From a virus (lineage: Duplodnaviria > Caudoviricetes), in IMG/VR virus record IMGVR_UViG_3300032290_001460, positions 1 through 64,000 of that record: a DNA stretch of 64,000 nucleotides; one strand, written 5' to 3'. Shown one piece after another: positions 31,572 to 40,409 of the stretch. Below the pieces are notes generated by a model that was given only the letters and a program-made list of their open reading frames with translations, did not search any database and was not told where the DNA came from. Position 1 is the first letter of the stretch; the number at the start of each line of letters is the position of its first letter. The position numbers and the translations under genes were made by a program.

Positions 31572-32366
31572 TTAAATTTCTGAATGAGAATCAATAAATG
31601 ACATCAATTTTCCTGCTGTTGTTTCACCATCATATGCTGGCTGAGTCCGTAGCCAACGAATAAAATCATACCATCTACGTTGTTGTTCGGGTTCATCAAA
31701 GATAATCGTAAATTGGACGACAGCACGAGGCGCTGCCTCTGGAGTTGCCACAGTACTGCCCTTAATGGCAATCTCATTATGGTCCATATCACTAGGAGCA
31801 TTAATTCTCCTCTCCCCATCGCTATCTTCCCTTACAAGAGACGACAGAATAGTCGCGCCAAGGTCAGAAATAGGCTGAATCACAGGAGACATATAGCCCT
31901 CATTAGAACCATCATCATTCTTTGTTGGAGCAGCCCGATGACTAATCTCCTCCATAGAGGCCAATTCCCAATCATCCCAACCCAAATCAGTCATGAGGTC
32001 GCCGTAGTCATCAATGACTGAATCAAGCATGTCTGAGACAAGATTCTGGTCAGTATGACCCAATTCCCCAGTTCGGTTATCCGCCAAAGCAAAAGCAATG
32101 GCTCTTGAATTATCTGCTTCAAAAGTGACGGCGGCAATATGAGTCCAGCCAAGACGCTTAGCGGCCATCAACTGGTGATTACCAGCAATGACAGTAGATG
32201 TTCCGTCGCCATTAGGCTTAACAACAATAGGTCGCAGTTGCCCAAATTCGCTGTATGAAGCCATAATCGCATCAACGTTGCCTCGTCTTGGATTCCCAGG
32301 AAGTGGAACTAAGGTTTCAACGTCAACAAGTAATGGAATTAGACATTCTTCAACTTGGTGTTTCAT
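31572..32366 (-). CDS. ParB N-terminal-domain protein
   Basis: LVPLPGNPRRGNV..FGQLRPIVV..VIAGNHQLMAA..ALADNRT. Confidence 0.85.
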   Translation of the reverse strand: MKHQVEECLIPLLVDVETLVPLPGNPRRGNVDAIMASYSEFGQLRPIVVKPNGDGTSTVIAGNHQLMAAKRLGWTHIAAVTFEADNSRAIAFALADNRTGELGHTDQNLVSDMLDSVIDDYGDLMTDLGWDDWELASMEEISHRAAPTKNDDGSNEGYMSPVIQPISDLGATILSSLVREDSDGERRINAPSDMDHNEIAIKGSTVATPEAAPRAVVQFTIIFDEPEQQRRWYDFIRWLRTQPAYDGETTAGKLMSFIDSHSEI

Positions 32367-32826
32367 TTAATTTCTCCATATCTACAGATATAAGTTCTAT
32401 CCCACAATTTTTAAGAAAAGATTCAACCTTAGGCCAATCAGCATAACTCGCATCAGCAAAAAATACCACACGAGAAATGCCTGACGATGCTATTTGCTTA
32501 GCGCAACTAAAACATGGCGGCCCATTAATGATTAGCGTACCATCAGCACGCAATGCTGGGTCCGACCATATGATGGCATTTGCCTCAGCGTGCTGAGCAA
32601 TACAGTTATCATAAGCCGACCCATTAAGGCTACCTTCCTGCATGCGAGGACAGGCACCATCAACACAGTGAGCAATACCTGGCGGTGAACCATTATATCC
32701 AACACCTGCCACGCGACCATTAGGCATCAAAATAACAGCAAAATATTGTCTTTTAGCGCACGTAGAAAAGGTTGAAGCCAAACTAAAACACGATTTAAGC
32801 CACTTTAGTTCGCGTTCTTTAATCAT
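32350..32826 (-). CDS. dCMP deaminase
   Basis: STC, GYNG, HAEANAI and PCFSC zinc motifs. Confidence 0.9.
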   Translation of the reverse strand: MIKERELKWLKSCFSLASTFSTCAKRQYFAVILMPNGRVAGVGYNGSPPGIAHCVDGACPRMQEGSLNGSAYDNCIAQHAEANAIIWSDPALRADGTLIINGPPCFSCAKQIASSGISRVVFFADASYADWPKVESFLKNCGIELISVDMEKLNETPS

Positions 32827-33176
32827 GGCATAACTTGAGAACGAACATTAGCGTTCAAAGTACGCATCGCATCAATCGACGTACGCAAAGAAGTCAATTT
32901 TTCACGCTTAGACTTTACCAACGCCTCAGCAATTTTAAAATCATAATGAGCATCAGCCAAAATATAATCAGCCCAAGCCTCACGCTCTTTAATGGAACCT
33001 TTAGCAGACAAATATTCCTTAGCCCAAGAAGACTTATGCTTAGATTCTTTCTTTGCCGCATCTTCAGCCAACTTTTCGAAAGCCTCTGTCTCTTCTTCGA
33101 GTTCATCAATGAGTCGAATAAGATTTTCTTCGATTTCTATCTGGCTAATAGGATTATTGCGTCCAGGAAAATTCAC
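32823..33176 (-). CDS. Helical protein, UvsY-like recombination mediator (tentative)
   Basis: 117 aa, all-helical, GSIKEREAWAD. Lies next to RuvC. Confidence 0.45.
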   Translation of the reverse strand: MNFPGRNNPISQIEIEENLIRLIDELEEETEAFEKLAEDAAKKESKHKSSWAKEYLSAKGSIKEREAWADYILADAHYDFKIAEALVKSKREKLTSLRTSIDAMRTLNANVRSQVMP

Positions 33177-33697
33177 TTCTGCCCACTTTCAAGTAAAGAT
33201 GACCAATCAATAGTTTTCATGGCATCTTTGTTTAATGAAGGCCAATCATAGCGCCCTTCACCAATGGCATGCAAGCCCATCTCTTCTAAAAGCCAAGCAT
33301 CAACTTCATCGTCCGCACCCTTACCGGACCAAACTATTCCGGTTCTTGCCGAAACAGCAGAAATTACTTCAGTTTTTGCGGCGTTCCCTCGCCCTGTAGC
33401 AAACTTTGCTCGACATGTCGGAGGAACCTCGACGTAAGGGACACATAATTCAAACAGCATGAGACGAATAACGCCACCTAATTCACCTATTTTATGTGAT
33501 TGAGAGTTCCTGGCAGCGAAAGCGTAACCTTCAACGACTACGCCAGTCACCTTGTTCTCTGCAACGATTTTATTAATTTCTCTACGAATATCGTAAAGGC
33601 GTTGAGATTCTTTTGTTTTAACAGAAATTGAACCTGTTTTACCGTTAGTCGCCCATCCTGTAGAAGTTAAAGATAGGTCTAATCCTAGTATTCTCAT
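33173..33697 (-). CDS. ruvC: RuvC-like Holliday junction resolvase
   Basis: ILGLDLSLTSTG, VVVEG, KFATGRGNAAK, DEVDA. Confidence 0.85.
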   Translation of the reverse strand: MRILGLDLSLTSTGWATNGKTGSISVKTKESQRLYDIRREINKIVAENKVTGVVVEGYAFAARNSQSHKIGELGGVIRLMLFELCVPYVEVPPTCRAKFATGRGNAAKTEVISAVSARTGIVWSGKGADDEVDAWLLEEMGLHAIGEGRYDWPSLNKDAMKTIDWSSLLESGQK

Positions 33698-33745
33698 AGT
33701 TTGAGCATAGTGCATATTTTCAATATCAAATGAACGCATAAATAG

Positions 33746-33777
33746 CAAAAACGGCGGAGGATAATCCTCGCGCCGTT
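33746..33777 (-). terminator. Intrinsic terminator-like hairpin
   Basis: Minus strand AACGGCG-C-GAGGA..TCCTC-CGCCGTT followed by further Ts. Confidence 0.55.
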
Positions 33778-33833
33778 CTCACTACTACCTTGTCGGGTTT
33801 AGTTCTTGTTTATAAAACTATTGTACATTAATT

Positions 33834-34190
33834 TTAATAGTCAAAATCCACCCATATGCCGATAGTTAAATCTTCTCCTGGAATTTCTGTTCCAACCCTA
33901 TCAATATCGACTGCAATAATATCTCCTAGAGCGAATTTGTTATTAGCCGCCGTTCCAGCGACCGAAGAATATGCTCCTACTGCTATGGTCGGTCTATTTG
34001 CCTGAGTAGTGAATATTGTTGTATCGGAGATATTTACGTCAACGATTACCGTTGCTCCAGATGCTGGAGTCCCTATTGAGGTATATACGCCAATAATTTT
34101 TCCACTAGCAGGCATTCTTGCTGAGGTGCGTCTTTTTGCTGCGGACAGTTCTCCACTAACACATAGGGTTATGAGTTGTTTGGCCATCAT
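33834..34190 (-). CDS. Small beta-rich protein, possible virion decoration (paralog of 34298..34690)
   Basis: RMPASGKIIGVY..GDIIAVDIDRVG..GEDLTI. Confidence 0.65.
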   Translation of the reverse strand: MMAKQLITLCVSGELSAAKRRTSARMPASGKIIGVYTSIGTPASGATVIVDVNISDTTIFTTQANRPTIAVGAYSSVAGTAANNKFALGDIIAVDIDRVGTEIPGEDLTIGIWVDFDY

Positions 34191-34219
34191 CGTTTTTTCT
34201 TATTTAATAGTTACGTGAT

Positions 34220-34249
34220 AAAGCAGAAAGCGGGAGGTTTCCCTCCCGC
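34220..34249 (-). terminator. Intrinsic terminator
   Basis: GCGGGAGG-GAAA-CCTCCCGC perfect 8-bp stem followed by TTTCTGCTTT. Confidence 0.75.
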
Positions 34250-34297
34250 CTTCATACATTCTTGCACTATGAGTGCTATTGGTTATATCAGGCTGGC

Positions 34298-34690
34298 TCA
34301 GCCGAAACGGTTGTCAGGCTGGATGGTAATTGACGTTGCATCTTCTTCTGACTCGACCAAAATTGAAGCAACGATGTTTGCGCCGGCAGTGCTGGAACCA
34401 ACTGTAAGGATATCCAGGGTGATGAGGTCGCCCTTATTGAAGTCAACATTGGCAGCGGTAAGCGTGGCCTCGTCATTGGTGCCAGCGGCAGCAATGCTGA
34501 AAGCAGCAGCGGTATCTGAACCAACGAGAATGCTAGCGGTAAGGGCGCTTCCAACAGGGGCGGTGGTCACTGCGACATAGGCGCCAACAATTTTACCGCT
34601 AAATGGGGCAGCCATCTTGACTATGCTACTTTCAGCGAGCGTTCCAGGGATTTGCAAGTTAATTACTACGGGGGTGTTTGTTCCGGGCAT
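34298..34690 (-). CDS. Small beta-rich protein, possible virion decoration
   Basis: APFSGKIVGAY..GDLITLDILTVGS..GANIV. AGGAG RBS. Confidence 0.7.
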   Translation of the reverse strand: MPGTNTPVVINLQIPGTLAESSIVKMAAPFSGKIVGAYVAVTTAPVGSALTASILVGSDTAAAFSIAAAGTNDEATLTAANVDFNKGDLITLDILTVGSSTAGANIVASILVESEEDATSITIQPDNRFG

Positions 34691-34772
34691 TTTTTTCTCC
34701 TACTTTTAAGGGCCCTCTCTGGGCTAATAAAACTTTACTACAAAAACCTCATCCGCAGAGGGAAGGATTGGA

Positions 34773-35072
34773 TTAATCCCAAGAATGTTTTGCTAGGCCA
34801 AGTTCAAACGCCAACGCTGGGTAATTGCCTATTCTAATATGGCAAGAACGACACACGCACAACAAGTTTGATTCATCAATAATTGACCCACCCTGAGAGC
34901 GCCTGACAAGTTCATGAACATCAACGGTATTCATTCTTACATAAGTTGATTTTTCGTCATATTTAGCAAAAACTGGACACGCCTGACAAAAAGGAAACTT
35001 TTCTACCATTTTCGCGACTACTTTTCGCCGTTCTACGTATTCTGCTTCCTTTTTCTTACTCCGATAGCGCAT
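34773..35072 (-). CDS. HNH endonuclease
   Basis: CQAC..DVHE..RSQGG..NLLCVCRSCH. Confidence 0.85.
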   Translation of the reverse strand: MRYRSKKKEAEYVERRKVVAKMVEKFPFCQACPVFAKYDEKSTYVRMNTVDVHELVRRSQGGSIIDESNLLCVCRSCHIRIGNYPALAFELGLAKHSWD

Positions 35073-35086
35073 AATCTCTCCGATAC

Positions 35087-35611
35087 TTATAAATTACTTG
35101 TATCGATATTATCAAATCCCCAATTATTTGATAGCGCCGACCAGAGAGCAATATCTATTGGAGTTGCCTCTAAGTCATTTTCATTCATCATGGCACGATG
35201 TTTAGCAATTGCAGACTTCAAGAAGTCAACCTGTTCCCAGCCGTTAGATTCAACAGAAGAACCAGTCTCAATCATCGCCGTCACTTGGTCTAGACGCTTA
35301 TTGACATGAAATTTGAAACGTTCAATCTTATTCCGCCGACCCTTATAAGCATCATTAGCCTTAGTTTGAAGACGGCGACTACCTATTGAATCAAACAATT
35401 CGCGGTCATTTTCCTCATCATGAATGAGGTCAGAAAGTTGGTCGTCAATATTGGAGATTAAAGCAAGAAGGCATCGTTGCCATTTATACCAATTTTCTTT
35501 CTGCATCAGAATATCGCGTTGCGACGAAGATAGTTTATTTTTTACTTCTTCCGCAACAAGATAAGCGAATGTTTCGTCATTAATTTGGTTCATCGTTTCC
35601 ATCCTGGACAT
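35087..35611 (-). CDS. Hypothetical helical protein
   Basis: 174-aa ORF within the recombination operon. Confidence 0.6.
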   Translation of the reverse strand: MSRMETMNQINDETFAYLVAEEVKNKLSSSQRDILMQKENWYKWQRCLLALISNIDDQLSDLIHDEENDRELFDSIGSRRLQTKANDAYKGRRNKIERFKFHVNKRLDQVTAMIETGSSVESNGWEQVDFLKSAIAKHRAMMNENDLEATPIDIALWSALSNNWGFDNIDTSNL

Positions 35612-36369
35612 ATTGATTTATAGGCGCACCAGTCACATAAGCGAGATTTATTATATTTAAAATCTCCTGTTTCGCATGCTGTTTGTACTGCATCGTGCGT
35701 TTCTTGAACATACTTTATGGTGTTATCAAAATCTTCTTCAACGAGTTCATGTTTAAAAATTACCCCATCTTTGAGATAAAGCAACTTAATTTCAGAGACA
35801 TCAGCCATCTCTAAATTTCTCAATAATGTTGCATAGATTTGAAGTTGCAAATATTTATCTGCCATCCATGCTTTTTTGGGTGTCTTGCCCGTCTTGTAGT
35901 CAGAAACACATACGCCGTTCTCTACAACGTCAAGCCTGTCAATAAAACCTTTAACAGTAGCGGTGCCAATGAGCCCGTTGACTTCCGTTTCGATGCCCTT
36001 AACCTCAACAACGGATGGGTCCTCAATTTTGAAAACATTCTCCACACACCACCATGCTGACCAGCGGAACTGATGAACGTCAGATTCCCTCACGAAACCT
36101 TTAATCCGATTAATCCAATCTCCGGTTTCCCATACTTGACGGGCGAGCATCTTGGCGGACTCAACATTGCGCCCATCAAAAGGTAGGGCATAAAATTCTT
36201 CCAATGTTTCGTGAACAAAATTTCCCAATAAAGTTGCTGATGAAGGCAAGTCCGGTATTTTGTCAATTTTGTTGAACTTAAATTTTAATGGGCATTGATT
36301 AAACGTGCCCATTGAAGATGCTGAAAGATATGGTGGAGGAGTGTACGGGGGACCCTTTTGTTCACTCAT
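35590..36369 (-). CDS. PD-(D/E)XK Cas4/RecB-family exonuclease
   Basis: LSAS..QCP, GNFVHETLE, GFIDRLD, DYKTGK, QLQIY, CDWCAYKSIC. Confidence 0.9.
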   Translation of the reverse strand: MSEQKGPPYTPPPYLSASSMGTFNQCPLKFKFNKIDKIPDLPSSATLLGNFVHETLEEFYALPFDGRNVESAKMLARQVWETGDWINRIKGFVRESDVHQFRWSAWWCVENVFKIEDPSVVEVKGIETEVNGLIGTATVKGFIDRLDVVENGVCVSDYKTGKTPKKAWMADKYLQLQIYATLLRNLEMADVSEIKLLYLKDGVIFKHELVEEDFDNTIKYVQETHDAVQTACETGDFKYNKSRLCDWCAYKSICPGWKR

Positions 36370-37123
36370 GAATAATCTCAGAACCAGGGAACATGAGTCG
36401 TGTGCACTCCTCGATGAGTGCCATAAGCGACTGCATGGTTGCTGTTTCTAATGTTGGCTTAGGTCCGCCACCCGAGTATTCTTCCCAGAATTTACCTAGT
36501 TCTACTTTTTGTTCAGCGGTTAATGCCTTGCTTGATTCGCGAAACCGTTCCCATAGACTGGCAACTGCTGGGTCTACTTTTGGTGCTGCAGCAATAACAT
36601 CTTGTTCAATTTCCAAACTCAATGCTTCATCCGAACGGGCTAAGTAGAGGGCGATACCGAACTGTTGTGCAGCCTTTTTGAGCGCATCAGAAACTGCACC
36701 TTTGAACTCATCGCCCAAATCTACAATTTCACCACTCTTCATACGCTTGATTTTTTGGCCACCAAATCCATCTTTTTGAACCATTGGAGCCCAATCATTA
36801 TTGATTGTTAAGCGAACATGAGCAACAATGAAATCTGGGTCAAGTGCATCGCGTTCACATTTAATAATTTCCGATGACCATCCCTTTACCCCAAAGGTAC
36901 GATTGAGCCGTGTGATGACTTCGCTTACAGGAATATAAGTTAAGGCCGTTCCACCCTTACGCAAAATACGTTCCACTTCGGGTGGGAATGGTTCACTCAG
37001 TTCAGCAAGAAGACGTGCTGATTCAATTTGTGCACGTTTTTTTTCTTCTTCATCCAATTTGCGAGATTCCGCACGATATTTCAATTGGCTCTCAAATTCT
37101 GGCATTTCTCCATCGGTTGACAT
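36362..37123 (-). CDS. Rad52/Rad22 (Sak-like) single-strand annealing protein
   Basis: LSEPFP, LTYI..VITRLN..FG..GWS, KGAVSDALKKAA..FGIALYL. Confidence 0.85.
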   Translation of the reverse strand: MSTDGEMPEFESQLKYRAESRKLDEEEKKRAQIESARLLAELSEPFPPEVERILRKGGTALTYIPVSEVITRLNRTFGVKGWSSEIIKCERDALDPDFIVAHVRLTINNDWAPMVQKDGFGGQKIKRMKSGEIVDLGDEFKGAVSDALKKAAQQFGIALYLARSDEALSLEIEQDVIAAAPKVDPAVASLWERFRESSKALTAEQKVELGKFWEEYSGGGPKPTLETATMQSLMALIEECTRLMFPGSEIIHE

Positions 37124-37629
37124 TATAGTTTCCCTTTCTTAATAACGATGCTTATTTTACCTTCTGATTTTTCACAATAATTATCTACGTTGACACCAAG
37201 TTTGCCAAGTTCCCCGACTCGCCAATATGAAGGCGCTGCGTATTCGAACATCTTAACCATCATTTCGTCAGGTGTCAAGGTGATTTCGCCAGTATCCATA
37301 TTGATGGCAAGTTGAGAAATCTTTGCTGCCACCTCAACGGCTAAACCTTTATGGTTCCATGCCTTGCGGTCAGCACCTTGCTTGCGCTCAATCTCTGTAC
37401 CGTCTTCAAGAAAGATGACTGAATCTTCCATTTTTTCAGCGAAACGAGTATTTGATTCGTCGTGGATGTAGCCAATATCTTTTTTTAATGAGTTTAGTTC
37501 AACCATTGCTGAACATAAACTTTTCAAATCAACACCATCTTCTTGGAGGGCGTTGAACAATTCGTTGCCTGCCTCGCCAATTAGACGACGAATATTTTCA
37601 ATGCTCTCATAAATTGGACTATTCAACAT
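37123..37629 (-). CDS. Hypothetical protein
   Basis: 168-aa ORF translationally coupled to the annealase. Confidence 0.6.
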   Translation of the reverse strand: MLNSPIYESIENIRRLIGEAGNELFNALQEDGVDLKSLCSAMVELNSLKKDIGYIHDESNTRFAEKMEDSVIFLEDGTEIERKQGADRKAWNHKGLAVEVAAKISQLAINMDTGEITLTPDEMMVKMFEYAAPSYWRVGELGKLGVNVDNYCEKSEGKISIVIKKGKL

Positions 37630-37650
37630 AAACCCCTTTTTAGTAGTTAC

Positions 37651-40122
37651 TTAGATGATGATACCGATTCTTTTGCGTTGAGGCAACCCCAAGCCAGTTA
37701 AATGTGTAAAAGCACCTACGACTGAGTCAACTTGGTCATCATGGTCGCATGCTTCGGGAAAAGATGATAACTCGTCCATCCAGTCCGTAAGCCAAGGAGC
37801 GCGTAAACACCTAATGTTTCCATTGGCAACTGCCGCTGCAAAAGGACGCGCTCTGGTGACTTTGTCTCCAGTAGCACGGATTCCACCAAAGTCATACCCT
37901 GATAGTACATACCTTGCGTACTGGTCTACGAGAGCCTTGCCGGAAGAGCCTGGTTCTTGTTCCATGCGAATAGCAACGAGCGGTCCGTCCTCATACGCTG
38001 TCTGAGCAATAAGTTGTTCTACTTTTTCTCCACGAACGCGAGCCTTCTTGACATCCAGGACATAAGCAACACCTTGGTCGAACAACATTAATGTCCCAAC
38101 CGTCCAGTCAGGATTAGGGTTTGAATATGAGGGCTCTGTTGCTGCAAGGTCCCAGAACCTGACAGCACGAGCAGTTGACGTGATTGCTGGCATATCATTT
38201 TGGTCTAAGAGGACAATAGATGCTCTATCAAACATCGTTCCTAGAGTAGTAGCCCACCAGTCACCTTCTTCTAGGCGCTTCCGCTCTACAGGGTCCAACG
38301 CCTGAAGTGCTTGACGATAAGAATCAGCGTCGATACCAGGGTTGTCTGTAAGTTTTGATGGCACAAATACACGCCCTTTTTCTGTTCCTTCAACGATAAA
38401 ACGTTGACGAACCCAATTCGGTGCAGGGTTACAGGCAGAACGCATCCGTAGTGGCACTTGAGCCAAGGGTCCTGTTGCTGGACGGCGCAGACGGGAGAAC
38501 ATATAGCGATAGTCGGATTCACGAATTTCTGTTACTTCGTCCATCCCAATAAACTGGAATTCTGCACCCTTGTAGCGAAGGTAGTCCTGCTGGTTGTTTA
38601 GATATCCGAAAGATAATCGAGCCCCTGACGGGAATACGGCAGTGTAGTTATTGCCGTTCCAACGAACATCATCATATTTTGCCATCCATGATTGGAACCG
38701 GTCCATGATGGCTCCAGGGAGTGCAAGGTCGGCATATGTTCTACGGAAAATAATTGCCGAATATCCTGGTACATCAACATATTGCATTGCTGACATAAGA
38801 AGAGCGGAAGAATTATGTGTAGGAATAAAATCCTCTGATACTAAATACAAACTGTCCGGCGAAGAAACACGAATACACTTCATCGGCAGAGGACCAGTAC
38901 GTTCAGCAGAAACGATATACCGGAAGTTTGTTACGCGTCGCTCTGCACCTAATAACGGCTCAAGACGCTCGGCTTTCCTCGTGAGACGAAACACTTGAAC
39001 CTTGGCACGAAACTTAACTTTCCATGTCGGCCCACAGTCTTTGCCATTGAGTTTGGCACGACCTTCTTTAATCGTTATTTTGTGTCCGAGGGAGCGAGCA
39101 AGGTGAGCCACTCCTTCAGTGAGGTTCTGGTTTGTATTTACAAACTCAACGGTTCCATTCGTAAGACAATTGCCGTCGGTGTCCATTAATCCTTGGAGGA
39201 GCGCCAAACGCTGCTCTTCTGAAGCCCAAAGATAATCGTGCGGAATATGCTTGTTCTTTACTAAGTTGAGTGAACGCAGTTCACCCATGAGACGACCACC
39301 GAAATAGAAACTAGAGGCTTTATTATCAATCTTAGTTTGCATGCTTGTAAGTGTGTACCCTGCCGCCTCCATTGCCTCAACAATTGAGTCATCCATTGAG
39401 GTGATAGTTGGGTTGTTCTTATTCCCATCTCCTAGCCATACGCCTAGAATATACGGGTCTATCAACAGGTCTTTCTCTGGCAACTGGAGTGACCTACAGA
39501 CAGGAATGGCATGGTTTGCTCGACCACCACGAACGGTGAGCGTAGCGACGATTTGGGCGGTGGTACGAACCGTTCCGGTTGGAACGTCCATGACCTCCGG
39601 AGGATTTGACTTGTTCCACTCCTTACGAGACTCCGACAAGAACTCCCGATGTCTGGTTGTGTGGTCAGTTTTTATTCCAGCCCCAACGAGCGAACGAGAT
39701 TCTCTTTTGTTTCTCCGCTTCTCACGAAATTCTGGTGTCCGCTTGGTTAGGGCCTCAAGTTCACGAGCATCATATGTGAGCCAAAGATGTTCATCATGTG
39801 CGTCTACTGTTGAACCGTCATCAAAAGTCAATTTGTATCCATCCACAATTTCAACTTCTGATTCAGCAAGAACAAGATGTGGATTCCCGTCGCGACCAAA
39901 AATAAAATCACCTGGCTTGATGTCTCCCATTTTTACAAAACCCGAAGGTGTCGGTATCTCCGAATAAAGTGAGAGCATTTTCCCACCACCTGCTGCTCCT
40001 CCGAATAGGCCTTCTAGTGAGTATGTTCGCAAGAATACTTTTTGGGTAAGTGACGGTTCTTCTGGGCAGTATGGCGGCATCTTGGGCTCAAGATATTCGA
40101 GCACCTTATTCCAGTCAGTCAT
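37651..40122 (-). CDS. terL: Terminase large subunit (intein-containing)
   Basis: Walker A GGAAGGGK|S split by the intein, Walker B FIGMDE, RFWDLA, EQEPGSSGK, HDDQVDS. Confidence 0.93.
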   Translation of the reverse strand: MTDWNKVLEYLEPKMPPYCPEEPSLTQKVFLRTYSLEGLFGGAAGGGKMLSLYSEIPTPSGFVKMGDIKPGDFIFGRDGNPHLVLAESEVEIVDGYKLTFDDGSTVDAHDEHLWLTYDARELEALTKRTPEFREKRRNKRESRSLVGAGIKTDHTTRHREFLSESRKEWNKSNPPEVMDVPTGTVRTTAQIVATLTVRGGRANHAIPVCRSLQLPEKDLLIDPYILGVWLGDGNKNNPTITSMDDSIVEAMEAAGYTLTSMQTKIDNKASSFYFGGRLMGELRSLNLVKNKHIPHDYLWASEEQRLALLQGLMDTDGNCLTNGTVEFVNTNQNLTEGVAHLARSLGHKITIKEGRAKLNGKDCGPTWKVKFRAKVQVFRLTRKAERLEPLLGAERRVTNFRYIVSAERTGPLPMKCIRVSSPDSLYLVSEDFIPTHNSSALLMSAMQYVDVPGYSAIIFRRTYADLALPGAIMDRFQSWMAKYDDVRWNGNNYTAVFPSGARLSFGYLNNQQDYLRYKGAEFQFIGMDEVTEIRESDYRYMFSRLRRPATGPLAQVPLRMRSACNPAPNWVRQRFIVEGTEKGRVFVPSKLTDNPGIDADSYRQALQALDPVERKRLEEGDWWATTLGTMFDRASIVLLDQNDMPAITSTARAVRFWDLAATEPSYSNPNPDWTVGTLMLFDQGVAYVLDVKKARVRGEKVEQLIAQTAYEDGPLVAIRMEQEPGSSGKALVDQYARYVLSGYDFGGIRATGDKVTRARPFAAAVANGNIRCLRAPWLTDWMDELSSFPEACDHDDQVDSVVGAFTHLTGLGLPQRKRIGIII
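38812..39978 (-). mobile_element. Intein (389 aa) with LAGLIDADG homing endonuclease, class-3 signature
   Basis: Starts MLSLYSEIPTP and ends IPTHN|S. HLW (block B), CIRV (block F), THN (block G). LGVWLGDG and LQGLMDTDG motifs. Confidence 0.9.
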
Positions 40123-40197
40123 AGTTCTCTCCGAACGTTGTAGTTTGTATTAGATTATGGGCATGTCAACATATTGCACCGCTACAGGACAGTCCAC

Positions 40198-40407
40198 ATG
40201 CTGAATTCTTTTAGAAGATTTTTCTCCAGAGACAGTCTATATCTATTTCGTTTACGCTTTTTGACTCGTTCATCTATGGCCAACGTGTTAATGGTATTAT
40301 TTATTTTATTAACCAGCGTTGGAACTTCTCTGATATCACCCCCTGTGGGTTTAATAGTAGCGGGTATAACTTGTGGAATTTTCGGCTATATCCTAGGTCT
40401 TGATTAA
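40198..40407 (+). CDS. Small membrane protein preceding the portal
   Basis: Two hydrophobic helices (..PPVGLIVAGITCGIFGYILGLD). Start uncertain. Confidence 0.65.
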   Translation: MLNSFRRFFSRDSLYLFRLRFLTRSSMANVLMVLFILLTSVGTSLISPPVGLIVAGITCGIFGYILGLD

Positions 40408-40409
40408 AT

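Noticed and set aside
35590-36369. CRISPR-Cas locus suggested by the Cas4-like nuclease
   Set aside because: No repeat-spacer array or other cas genes were seen. Its position beside a Rad52-like annealase indicates a recombination exonuclease.
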